Source of the DNA: Solirubrobacterales bacterium
Lineage (GTDB): Bacteria; Actinomycetota; Thermoleophilia; Solirubrobacterales; 70-9
DNA length: 64,000 nucleotides
Assembly (NCBI GenBank): GCA_051954115.1
Contig: JBQCIB010000032.1
Coordinates: forward strand, 4,872-68,871
Reading direction: 5' to 3'
Below are positions 15,916 to 24,497 of this stretch, piece after piece. The notes beneath the pieces are model-generated. The model ran no database searches, had not been told where the DNA came from, and worked only from the letters and a program-made list of their open reading frames with translations. Every line of letters starts with the position of its first letter. Position 1 is the stretch's first letter. Position numbers and translations under genes: made by a program.

Positions 15916-16776
15916 GTGAGATACGACTCAGCAGTTCTGGAGAGAGTCGCGCAACGCTTCCGGCGCGACATGTGGAATTCAGTAGTCCCGGAAGCAATTT
16001 CCGAATCAGGGGTTGAAGTAGAGAGGTTTGGGCCAGTGCAGGCCACCGCCTTCGGCGACCTGCCGGAAGTCCATTTGCTGCAGCAGATCCAGGGGGCAGC
16101 CGAGCCCGGTGCGGTTGCGGACGGCCACCTCGCTGATGCAGTCGAATGGATGCGGGCTCGCGAAGTCGACTACCGGATTCCGGTAGCCGCCAGCCGGCCG
16201 GGTGCGGTAGAGGCCGAGGCCTGGCTGGGCGAGCGGGGCTACGAGCGTGGAGCGGGGTGGGTCAAACTGGTCCGCGACGGCTCCCCGCCCGACTTCCACG
16301 TGGATCCCAGCATCGTCGTCTACCACCTCGGCGCAGACGAAGCCGAAGGCGAAGGGCTGAGCACGATTGCGGCTGAAGCCCTGGACATGCCGCTGGTGGC
16401 AGGGACGCTGTTCTTCTCGTTGCCCCAGCGGGAAGGCTGGCATTGCTACACCGCAGCGCTGGGGCCGGAAGAAATCCCCGTCGCCACCGGTTCGATGCTG
16501 ATCACCGACGGGGTCGCCCAGCTCGGGGCGGGACAGACGCTCGAGCACGCCCGTGGGCGCGGCTGCAACGCTACGCTTCTGCACCGGCGCCTGCTCGACG
16601 CCCACAGGGCGGGATGCCACACCGTGTTCGTCGAGGTCGGCGAATGCGATCTGGCGTCCTGGTCCGCGGTCATCCGCAATCTGCGGCGGGCCGGCTTCGA
16701 AGAGGCCTACGAAGGTCGCAACTGGCAGCGCCCGGCGCTGCACCCGGCTGAGATGCCGGAGCGGTTCAGCGGCTGA
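15916..16776 (+). CDS. GNAT-family N-acetyltransferase (tandem GNAT-like fold)
   Basis: The C-terminal half has GQTLEHARGRGCNATLLHRRLLDAHRAGC (acetyl-CoA-binding-like R/Q-x-x-G-x-G/A). GTG 15916 is preceded by GGGAAGGGGAG. Confidence 0.65.
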   Translation: MRYDSAVLERVAQRFRRDMWNSVVPEAISESGVEVERFGPVQATAFGDLPEVHLLQQIQGAAEPGAVADGHLADAVEWMRAREVDYRIPVAASRPGAVEAEAWLGERGYERGAGWVKLVRDGSPPDFHVDPSIVVYHLGADEAEGEGLSTIAAEALDMPLVAGTLFFSLPQREGWHCYTAALGPEEIPVATGSMLITDGVAQLGAGQTLEHARGRGCNATLLHRRLLDAHRAGCHTVFVEVGECDLASWSAVIRNLRRAGFEEAYEGRNWQRPALHPAEMPERFSG

Positions 16777-19700
16777 GCTCGGGGGCGGGGGCCTCTTCGG
16801 AGCCCTCGCCCTCGTCACTTGCTTCGGGCTCGGACTCGGGCGGCAGCTCGCCGCCTCGATCCGTGCCGGCGATCAGTTCGTCCGGCGCCTTCTCCTCGGG
16901 GATGAAGCCCGACTTCATGCCGAAGTAGACGGCCTGGGGGTGGTGGGCGACGATCGCCACCGTCGATTGCTCCGGCATCACCGCGTAGCCGCCGGAGAGG
17001 GTCATCCCGATCTCTTCCAGATCGAGCAGGCGCCAGACCTTCTCGTGCTCGGACTGGTCCGGGCAGGCTGGGTAGCCCCACGAGTAGCGACGCCCCTGGT
17101 CGAGCTCTATCCCCAGTTGACGGCGGACTTCCGAGTGCAGCCACTCGGCCAGGCCCTCGGCCGCCTGGACGCCGAGGCCGTGCACGTAGAGCTGTTCGGC
17201 GAACTCGCCTTCGCTCTCCAGCCGCTCGATCAGCTCGGTCACCTCCGGCCCGACCGTCACCCCCTGCAGGGCGACGACGTCGCGTTCTCCCGAGGAGAGC
17301 GGCCGGTAGAAGTCGGCCAGGCAGATGCGGTCGTGGCGCGGCTGGCGCGGGAAGACGAGCCGCTCGAGCTCGCGCTCGGGGTCCTCGGGGTCGAAGACGA
17401 CCAGCTCGTTGCCGTCGGCGTTGCAGGGGAAGAAGCCGAGGCGGGTGCGGGGATGCAAATAGTCCTGTTCGCGCCACATCCGCTCCAGGCGCGGCGCGAA
17501 GCCCTCCTCCTCGTCGGTGCCCTCGACCAGCTGCCTCCAGGCCTCGCCCTTGACGCCGCGGCCGCCCCAGTGCAGCTTGAAGAGGACGTGGCGGTCGAGG
17601 TAAGGGAAGACGTCGTCGAGGTCGACCGGCACTTCGCGCACGCCCAGGTAGGGCGGATCCGGGATCGGCACGTCGGTGCGGGCGCTGGAGCGGACGCTGT
17701 CGTCGGAGGTCGGGGGAGCGTTGTCGACCACCACCGGCTTCTCGCGCAACTGCTTGGCCTCGGCCCGGATCCGCTCGACCAGCGCCGTCCGCGCGTCGGA
17801 GTCGACCAGCGCGTCCATCGTGTCCAGCCCCTGGAAGGCGTCCTTGCAGTAGAAGACGCCGGGCTCGTAGACCTCGTCGGACTCTTTGCCCTTCGGGTAG
17901 AGGGTACGGCGGCCGAAGTCGCGGTTGATCGCAGCGCCTCCGATCAGGACCGGGAACTCGAGGCCGCGCTGGTGCAGCTCGGCGACGCAGGTCGGCATCT
18001 GCTTCGAGGTCGAGACGAGCAGCGCGGAGAGGCCGATCGCGTCGGCCTGGTTCTCGACCGCGGCCTCGATGATCGCGTCGACCGGCACCTGCTTGCCGAG
18101 GTCGATCACCGTGTAGCCGTTGTTGGTGAGGATCGTGTTGACGAGCGACTTGCCGATGTCGTGGACGTCGCCGAAGACCGTCGCGATCACGACCTTGCCC
18201 TTGCTGTGGCCCTCGATCCGGTCCAGGTAGTTCTCCAGTTGGGCAACCGCGCGCTTCATCACTTCCGCCGACTGCAGGACGAAGGGCAGGATCAGTTCGC
18301 CGGCGCCGAATTTGTCGCCGACCTCCTTCATCGCCGGCAGCAGGATGTCGTTGAGGGTGGGGACGGCGCCGATCTTCTCGACCGAGCGGTCGATCCACTC
18401 CTCGACGCCCTCCTTCTTGCGGCGGAGGATGTGCCAGTGCAGCGCCTCCTCGGGCTCCATCTCGGCGGTCGGGTCCGCGGCCTCGGCCTCCGTCTCTTCG
18501 CCCTTCGACTCGAAGTAGGAGATGAAGCGCTCGAGCGCGTCGTCGCGGCGGTTGAAGACGAGGTCGTCGGTCAGCTCCCGCTCCTCCTCGGGGATCTCGC
18601 CGTAGGGGGTGATGTGGTTGGGGTTGACCATCGCCAGGTCGAGCCCGGCCTCGACGCAGTGGTGGAGGAAGACCGAGTTGAGGACCGCGCGCGGCCGCGG
18701 CGAGACGCCGAAGGAGACGTTGGAGACACCGAGCGAGGTCTTGACGCCAGGGATCTCCGCCTTGATCCGGCGGATTCCCTCGATCGTCTCCACGGCGGAG
18801 GGCTTCCACTCCTCGTCGCCGGTGGTGAGGGTGAAGGTGAGGGCGTCGAAGATCAGCGCTTCGGGATCGAGCCCGTACTCATCGCAGGCGATGTCGCGGA
18901 TGCGCTTGGCGATCTCGACCTTGCGCTCGGCCGTCTTCGCCATCCCCTCCTCGTCGATCGTCAGGGCGATGAGCGCCGCTCCGTGTTCCCTCGCCAGCGG
19001 GATCACGACGTCGGCCTTGGCGCGGCCGGCCTCGAGGTTGATCGAGTTGACGATCGCCCGGCCAGGGATCTGCTCCAGCGCCGCCTTGATCACCTCGGGT
19101 TCGGTCGAGTCGACTTGGATCGGCGCCGGCTGGGTGAGCGAGATCCGCTTCACCACCGCCTTCATCTGCTCGTCCTCGTCCTGGCGCTCGGTCAGGGCGA
19201 CGCAGGTGTCGAGCACGTGGGCGCCGCCTTCGACCTGGTCTTCGGCGACCTGGACGAGGCCGTCGTAGTCGTCGGCGAGCAGCAGTTCCTTGGCTTTTTT
19301 CGAGCCCTGGGAGTTGACCCGCTCCCCGACGAGGGTCGGGCGCGGCTCCTGAACCAGCGGGGTCGAGGTCATCATCGAGGAGACCTCGATCGGGCCGGGG
19401 GCGGGGCGCTCGCTTGGGACGCGGCCGTCGACCCGCTCACGGATCGCGGCGACGTGGGCGGGGGTGGTGCCGCAGCAGCCGCCGACGATGCCGACGCCGA
19501 AGCGTTCGACGAACTCGCCGAGGGTCGCGGCCAGCGGCTCGGGCTCTTCCGGGAAGATCGTCTCGCCGTCGGGGCCCTGGAAGGGCAGGCCGGCGTTGGG
19601 GATGCAGTGGACCGGCAGCGACGAGGCCTCGCCGAGGAAGCGGATCGCGTCGCGCATGTCCTCCGGGCCGGTCGAGCAGTTGAGGCCGATCACGTCGATC

Positions 19701-20350
19701 TCGAGCGCGGTCAGGGTCGTCAGCACCGACTGGATGTCGGTCCCGAGCAGCATCTTGCCGCCGTTCGGCAACAGCGAGACGCTGCACTGGATAGGCAGCC
19801 TGCGGCCGGTCTGCTTGAACGCCTCGCGGGCGCCGAAGATAGCCGCCTTCACCTCGAGGATGTCCTGGGCGGTCTCGATCATGATCAAGTCGGCGCCGCC
19901 TTCGACCAGCCCCTGCGCCTGCTCGGTGAAGACCTCGACCAGGCGGCCGAAGGAGATGTTCCCCAGCGTCGGATCGGTGGAGGCAGGAAGGAAGCCGGTC
20001 GGCCCGATCGAGCCGGCGACGAAGCGGTCCTCACCAGTGGCGCGGCGGGCGATCTCGGCTGCTTTGCGGTTGATCTCCAGCGTCTGCTCGCCGAGTCCCC
20101 ACTCTTCGAGCTTCAGCCGCGACCCCTGGAAGGAGTCGGTCTCGACCACCTCGGCCCCGGCCTCCAGCATCGAGCTGTGAACGCCCTCGATCACGTCCGG
20201 CCGATTCAGCACGAGCGCCTCATGGCATTTGCCCTGCAGCCCCCCGTAGTCCTCCTCGGTCAGCTCGAACTGCTCCAAGGTCGCGCCCATGCCGCCGTCA
20301 AAGACGACAACCCGCTCCCTCGTCGCGGCTATGTAGTCGCGCTCCGGCAT
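16766..20350 (-). CDS. metH: Cobalamin-dependent methionine synthase
   Basis: The protein is full length. It has a homocysteine-binding domain and a pterin-binding domain. The B12 domain carries GDVHDIGK (DxHxxG), and an AdoMet-activation domain follows. The start was trimmed to ATG 20350 (MPERDYIAATRERVVVFDGGMGA). Confidence 0.95.
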   Translation of the reverse strand: MPERDYIAATRERVVVFDGGMGATLEQFELTEEDYGGLQGKCHEALVLNRPDVIEGVHSSMLEAGAEVVETDSFQGSRLKLEEWGLGEQTLEINRKAAEIARRATGEDRFVAGSIGPTGFLPASTDPTLGNISFGRLVEVFTEQAQGLVEGGADLIMIETAQDILEVKAAIFGAREAFKQTGRRLPIQCSVSLLPNGGKMLLGTDIQSVLTTLTALEIDVIGLNCSTGPEDMRDAIRFLGEASSLPVHCIPNAGLPFQGPDGETIFPEEPEPLAATLGEFVERFGVGIVGGCCGTTPAHVAAIRERVDGRVPSERPAPGPIEVSSMMTSTPLVQEPRPTLVGERVNSQGSKKAKELLLADDYDGLVQVAEDQVEGGAHVLDTCVALTERQDEDEQMKAVVKRISLTQPAPIQVDSTEPEVIKAALEQIPGRAIVNSINLEAGRAKADVVIPLAREHGAALIALTIDEEGMAKTAERKVEIAKRIRDIACDEYGLDPEALIFDALTFTLTTGDEEWKPSAVETIEGIRRIKAEIPGVKTSLGVSNVSFGVSPRPRAVLNSVFLHHCVEAGLDLAMVNPNHITPYGEIPEEERELTDDLVFNRRDDALERFISYFESKGEETEAEAADPTAEMEPEEALHWHILRRKKEGVEEWIDRSVEKIGAVPTLNDILLPAMKEVGDKFGAGELILPFVLQSAEVMKRAVAQLENYLDRIEGHSKGKVVIATVFGDVHDIGKSLVNTILTNNGYTVIDLGKQVPVDAIIEAAVENQADAIGLSALLVSTSKQMPTCVAELHQRGLEFPVLIGGAAINRDFGRRTLYPKGKESDEVYEPGVFYCKDAFQGLDTMDALVDSDARTALVERIRAEAKQLREKPVVVDNAPPTSDDSVRSSARTDVPIPDPPYLGVREVPVDLDDVFPYLDRHVLFKLHWGGRGVKGEAWRQLVEGTDEEEGFAPRLERMWREQDYLHPRTRLGFFPCNADGNELVVFDPEDPERELERLVFPRQPRHDRICLADFYRPLSSGERDVVALQGVTVGPEVTELIERLESEGEFAEQLYVHGLGVQAAEGLAEWLHSEVRRQLGIELDQGRRYSWGYPACPDQSEHEKVWRLLDLEEIGMTLSGGYAVMPEQSTVAIVAHHPQAVYFGMKSGFIPEEKAPDELIAGTDRGGELPPESEPEASDEGEGSEEAPAPELSR

Positions 20351-20383
20351 AGCACTAGAGCGTACAGCCGTGACTAAGGGGTC

Positions 20384-20419
20384 CTGGCCCATCTTGGCGC
20401 GGCAACGCCGATGGGCCAG
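20384..20419 (-). terminator. GC-rich hairpin between the secreted-protein gene and metH (terminator/attenuator candidate without a U-tract)
   Basis: CTGGCCCATC (20384-93) pairs with GATGGGCCAG (20410-19). The 16-nt loop contains GGCG/CGCC. Confidence 0.4.
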
Positions 20420-20430
20420 GAGAGCGCGGC

Positions 20431-21186
20431 TCAGCCTTCGAATACGCCTAGGGCTTCAACCGGGTTGAGCGATATGCCGAAGTTGCTTTGAAGCGTCGCG
20501 TTGTTGCTTCCGACGGTCAGTTGCGTGATCGATTTTTCTTCCGGCGGGGTTGCGTTGTTCCACCATTTCGCTATGGCTGGTTCGGGAAAGTTCAACGTAG
20601 GCGTGTTGGTGCTTTCGGCAACCGGCAATACCGAGGCGATGATTTCTCCTTTCACCGGATACCCCATGTTGTTGCCAAGGGGGCAGATTCCCCCTTCGGT
20701 GATCAGTTCTCCCAGCGTGCCGCCGGCGGCTTCCGCGGAAATCAGCTCGCCGGCAGACTGGCCCGTGCTGTTTTTCCACACGAGCGTGCTTTTCCACGCG
20801 TTGTAGACGACCGTTCCGGCGGGTTCGCCGGGACTGCGGACGGTGCATCCCGCAGGCTGGGCGACCGTTACGTTCGTGCATTTAAGGACCATGCCGCTGG
20901 CCGTGCCAGGGGCTTCCGCCGCGCTGCCGACGATTTTTCCCGCGATGAATTTGCACGTTCCGTTGGGGGCGCTGAATATCGCTTTCATCAGGCCCGGCAC
21001 GCTGACGCGCGTGGTTTCCGTGCTGGTGCCGATGATCGCTTTCGTGGCGCCGGCGGCCAAGTAGTTGCCGGCCACCACCCATCGCGGTGCTTTGCCTGCC
21101 TGCGCAGGAGCCGCCGCTGCCGTAAAGAAGACGGCTGCTGCGGCAAGCGAGGTGACACCGAGCTTAAGTCTCGTTCTCATATTCAT
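20431..21186 (-). CDS. Secreted hypothetical protein in a low-G+C islet
   Basis: ATG 21186 is preceded by GGGAGAGGAAG. The signal peptide is MNMRTRLKLGVTSLAAAAVFFTAAAAPAQA. The mature part is Gly/Thr/Ala-rich with 4 Cys. I recognise no family. Confidence 0.65.
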   Translation of the reverse strand: MNMRTRLKLGVTSLAAAAVFFTAAAAPAQAGKAPRWVVAGNYLAAGATKAIIGTSTETTRVSVPGLMKAIFSAPNGTCKFIAGKIVGSAAEAPGTASGMVLKCTNVTVAQPAGCTVRSPGEPAGTVVYNAWKSTLVWKNSTGQSAGELISAEAAGGTLGELITEGGICPLGNNMGYPVKGEIIASVLPVAESTNTPTLNFPEPAIAKWWNNATPPEEKSITQLTVGSNNATLQSNFGISLNPVEALGVFEG

Positions 21187-21288
21187 TTGACTTCCTCTCC
21201 CATTGAGTCCCCGCCCGCCTCCGAGCATCCGGCCGAAGGAAAGAAAGTCAAGAAATTTTTAATAAGCTGAGATGTACGACGCTGGCGG

Positions 21289-22845
21289 TCAGCCCTTGAG
21301 CCCCAGCCGCCGGCGCCAGTCGCGGGCGTTGAAGAAGCGGACCAGCGGGGCGATCAGGCGGCGGCGTGACTTGGTGTAGGGGTACCAGCCCGGCTCGCGC
21401 TTGCCGCCGAAGCGGGTGATCACGAGGGACTCCGAGCGGCAGTACTTCTTGATGCCGGGTTCGCCGTGGCGGAAGCCGATCCCGGACTGCTTCCAGCCGC
21501 CCATCGGCACGTCGGTGGCGAAGTAGTTGACGAGGACGTCGTTGACGTTGATCGCGCCGCACTCGACCCGGCGGGCCACCTGCTCGGCTCGCTCGCGCTC
21601 CCCGAAGACCGCGCCGGAGAGGCCGTAGTGGCTGTCGTTGGCGAGTCGCACCGCCTCGTCAGCGTCGCGGACCTTCATCACCCCGACCACCGGGCCGAAG
21701 GTCTCGTCGCGCATCACCTTCATCGAGTGGTCGACGTCGACCAGGACCGTCGGCTCGAAGTAGTCGCCGGGCCCCGGGACGCGCTTGCCGCCGGTCAGCG
21801 CCCGGGCGCCGGAGCCGAGCGCGTCGTTGACGTGGTCCTCGACGATCTCGATCTGCCGCGGCGAGGTCATCGCGCCGACTTCCCCGTCGCCGGCGCCCTG
21901 GCGCAGCCGGCTGATCTCCGCCGTCAGCTTGTTGACGAACTCGTCATAGGCCGGCTCCTCGACGTAGATCCGCTCGACCGACATGCAGATCTGACCCGAG
22001 TTCATCATCCCGCCCCAGGCCGCGGCGTTGGCGGCGCGGTCGAGGTCGGCGTCGGCGAGGACGATCATCGGGTCCTTGCCGCCGAGCTCGAGGCTGACCG
22101 GCGTCAGCGTCTCCGCCGCCCGCGCCATCACTTTGCGGCCGGTGCGGTCGGAGCCGGTGAACTGGACGAAGTCGACCTCGTCGACGAGGGCGCCGCCGGT
22201 CTCGCCGATCCCCTGCACGCAGTCGAAGACGTCGGGGCCGCCGATCTCCTGCTTCCAGGCTTCGACCACCTCGGCGATCCCCAGCGGCGTGAACTCCGAG
22301 GGCTTGATCACGACCGCGCAGCCCGCCTGTAGGGCCGGGACCGCGTCGCCGAGCGAGAGGATCAGCGGGAAGTTCCAGGGGCTGATGATGCCGACGACCG
22401 GATGGGGCCGGTATTGGATCCGCAGCTTCTTCGAAGCGAGCAGGGGGGTGTGGGGACGGACGCTCTCCTCGCCGATGTACCGTGCCGCGCGGGTGCCGTA
22501 GAAGTTGACCAAGTCGGCGAGATAAGTGGGCTCGTTCTCGGCGTCGGCGCGGACCTTGCCGGTCTCGCGCTGCATCGTGTCCAGCACCCGCTCCTGGTTG
22601 TCGAGCAGCCAGTCGCGCAGCTTGCCGAGCCAGTGGTAGCGCCCCTCGATCCCCATCGCCTCCCACTCGGGCTGGTTGGCGCGGACGCGCTTCACGGTCG
22701 CGGCAACGGCCTCGGGCGAGTCGACCGGGACGTTTGCGATCACCTCGCCGGTGGCGGGGTTATGCACCTCGAATGACTCGGGACGGGGCGAGACCCCGTT
22801 CGCTCCGCTCGGCTCGGTGCCGCGTGCCGCCGTTCCGCTCTCCAC
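21289..22845 (-). CDS. NAD(P)-dependent aldehyde dehydrogenase (succinate-semialdehyde dehydrogenase-like)
   Basis: FEVHNPATGEV..SPWNFPL..FTGSDRTGRKV..LELGGKDP..NSGQICMSVERIYV carries the catalytic Glu and Cys motifs. Confidence 0.9.
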   Translation of the reverse strand: MESGTAARGTEPSGANGVSPRPESFEVHNPATGEVIANVPVDSPEAVAATVKRVRANQPEWEAMGIEGRYHWLGKLRDWLLDNQERVLDTMQRETGKVRADAENEPTYLADLVNFYGTRAARYIGEESVRPHTPLLASKKLRIQYRPHPVVGIISPWNFPLILSLGDAVPALQAGCAVVIKPSEFTPLGIAEVVEAWKQEIGGPDVFDCVQGIGETGGALVDEVDFVQFTGSDRTGRKVMARAAETLTPVSLELGGKDPMIVLADADLDRAANAAAWGGMMNSGQICMSVERIYVEEPAYDEFVNKLTAEISRLRQGAGDGEVGAMTSPRQIEIVEDHVNDALGSGARALTGGKRVPGPGDYFEPTVLVDVDHSMKVMRDETFGPVVGVMKVRDADEAVRLANDSHYGLSGAVFGERERAEQVARRVECGAINVNDVLVNYFATDVPMGGWKQSGIGFRHGEPGIKKYCRSESLVITRFGGKREPGWYPYTKSRRRLIAPLVRFFNARDWRRRLGLKG

Positions 22846-22913
22846 AACCGCTCCCTTCGTCGCCCGTTTGGCTGGTCAGCCAAATGTACCCGGGCAAGAG
22901 CGCGAAGCAACCC

Positions 22914-23228
22914 TCAGCCGAGATAGTGGGTGGCGAGCAGGCCGATCAGGGCAGCGATCAGGGTGTAGGTCAACCTGTCGAATTTGGCATTCATGCTGGT
23001 CCGCAGCTCTCCGATCTCACTGCGCAGCTCTCCTATTTCGCTACGCATCTCGCTGCGCAAGGACTGAATTTCTCCCTTGAATTCGCTGCGCAACGACTCG
23101 ATTTCCCCCTTGACTTCTGAGCGCAAAGACCTGATCTCCGCTTTGACTTCGCGGAAGCCCTCATCCATGTGCTCCTTGAGGTCGTCGAGGCGCTCGTCGG
23201 TCCAGGCTTCTCTCACCATCGTCGGCAT
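22914..23228 (-). CDS. Small tail-anchored coiled-coil protein, paralog 3 (expanded repeats)
   Basis: MPTMVREAWTDERLDDLKEH.. is followed by SLRSEVKGEIE/SLRSEFKGEIQ/SLRSEMRSEIG/ELRSEIG/ELRTSM and ends in LTYTLIAALIGLLATHYLG. Confidence 0.7.
   Translation of the reverse strand: MPTMVREAWTDERLDDLKEHMDEGFREVKAEIRSLRSEVKGEIESLRSEFKGEIQSLRSEMRSEIGELRSEIGELRTSMNAKFDRLTYTLIAALIGLLATHYLG
23001..23153. repeat. Coding tandem repeats inside paralog 3: three 33-bp units (23055-23153) and two 21-bp units (23001-23042)
   Basis: The plus-strand units begin GCGCAAGGACTGAATTTC.., GCGCAACGACTCGATTTC.. and GCGCAAAGACCTGATCTC... They encode 11-residue and 7-residue repeats. Confidence 0.85.
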
Positions 23229-23291
23229 GATGGCAACTGTAGACGATAAGTTGCAACAAGATACGCGCGGAATGTAAATTTTCTCCGCAGG

Positions 23292-24497
23292 TCAGCGCGG
23301 GACCAGCCGGTAGACGGGACCTTCCTGGGAGGTCACGTAGAGGCGGTGCTGGTCGTCTTCGCCGAAGGAGGTGGGGCCGGCGACGTGGAGGCCGAGCTTG
23401 CGGTCGTCGCCGGCGCGTTTCAGGTGCGGGACCAGCGTGCGCAGCTGGCCCTCGCAGTAGTCGGCGTAGAGGTAGCGGCCGCGCAGGCTCCGCAGCCGCG
23501 GGTCGCGGACGACGTAGCCGCCGATGATCGAGCAGCTGCCGCCACCGCGGCTGTGGCTGTAGGCGAAGATCGGTTTGACGGTGTTGCCGGGATCGGGAGT
23601 GCCGCTGTTTTCTTCCGTGTACTTGGAGAAGCCCTCGAAGGCGTCCCAGCCGAAGTTGGCCCCGTTCGCGGCGGCGACCGTCGTGTAGTCGAGCTCCTCG
23701 AAGCGGTTCTGGCCGACGTCGCCGATCGCGATTCGCGAGCCGTCGAAGGAGAAGCGGAAGGGGTTGCGCAGGCCGTAGCTGTAGATCTCGTCGCGGCCTG
23801 GCTTGCCGACGAACGGGTTGTCGGCCGGCACCGAATAAGGCTTTCCGCCGGAGGGGCGCGGGTCGATCCGCAGCAGCTTGCCCAGCAGCACGTCCTTGTT
23901 CTGGGCGTTGTTCGGCGGGTCGCCGGCGGAACCACCATCGCCCGTTCCGAAGTAGAGGAGGCCTTCGTGGAACTGCAGCTGTCCCCCGTTGTGGTTGGCG
24001 TTGACGGGGTGGGGGATGACGATCACCTTGCGGCGCGAGCCCATCGCCGCCCGGGTCGCGCCGGCGCGATGGAATTCGTCGATGCGGATGTTGCCGGCGT
24101 TGTCCGTGTAATAGACGTAGAAGCGCTTGCTGCGCGCGTAGTCGGGCGGGAAGGCGACCGACAGCAACCCCCGCTCGCCGCCGTAGGAGACGTCGCCGCG
24201 GATGTCGAGGAACGGCTTGCGGAGCCGGTGGCCGTTCTTCAGCACCGCGATCTCGCCGGGCTGCTCGACCACGAAGAGGAGCTTCGGGAACCCGGGAGCG
24301 CCGGCGACGTAGACCGGCGCTTCGAAGGAGCCGATCTTCTTCAGGGCGACGCCGCCGCGATGAGGCCGGGTCGTGCTGGCGGAGGCGCCGCTGCCGGTCG
24401 TGTCGCTGGCCGAGCCGCAGGCCGGTAGCGCCAGGGCCACGAGCAGCGCCGCCAGCGCCGCGGTTGTGGTCGCCCTACTTGCCCTTCTTGATTTCAA
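23292..24497 (-). CDS. PQQ-dependent sugar dehydrogenase (soluble glucose/sorbosone dehydrogenase family), lipoprotein
   Basis: The lipobox is ALALPACGS. Motifs: ERGLLSVAFPPDY..HNGGQLQFHEGLLYFGTGDGG..GKLLRIDP..YSYGLRNPFRFSFD. Confidence 0.85.
   Translation of the reverse strand: MKSRRASRATTTAALAALLVALALPACGSASDTTGSGASASTTRPHRGGVALKKIGSFEAPVYVAGAPGFPKLLFVVEQPGEIAVLKNGHRLRKPFLDIRGDVSYGGERGLLSVAFPPDYARSKRFYVYYTDNAGNIRIDEFHRAGATRAAMGSRRKVIVIPHPVNANHNGGQLQFHEGLLYFGTGDGGSAGDPPNNAQNKDVLLGKLLRIDPRPSGGKPYSVPADNPFVGKPGRDEIYSYGLRNPFRFSFDGSRIAIGDVGQNRFEELDYTTVAAANGANFGWDAFEGFSKYTEENSGTPDPGNTVKPIFAYSHSRGGGSCSIIGGYVVRDPRLRSLRGRYLYADYCEGQLRTLVPHLKRAGDDRKLGLHVAGPTSFGEDDQHRLYVTSQEGPVYRLVPR

Noticed and set aside
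16553-20377. 1274-aa ORF on the plus strand
   Set aside because: It is exactly antisense to full-length metH, whose domains and DxHxxG motif are unmistakable. Its product is low-complexity Arg/Gly/Ala/Asp/Leu sequence typical of stop-poor antisense frames in high-G+C DNA.
20424-21295. Similar sequences GGCTCAGCCTT / GGTCAGCCCTT at both edges of the low-G+C islet as possible direct repeats
   Set aside because: Both are simply the ..GGC TGA stop-codon regions of two minus-strand genes. They are too short and too degenerate to call att-like repeats.
23001-23153. Tandem repeats as a possible CRISPR or minisatellite locus
   Set aside because: The units are contiguous with no spacers, are in frame, and encode the coiled-coil segment of a small protein. 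I saw no CRISPR-like repeat-spacer array anywhere in the window.
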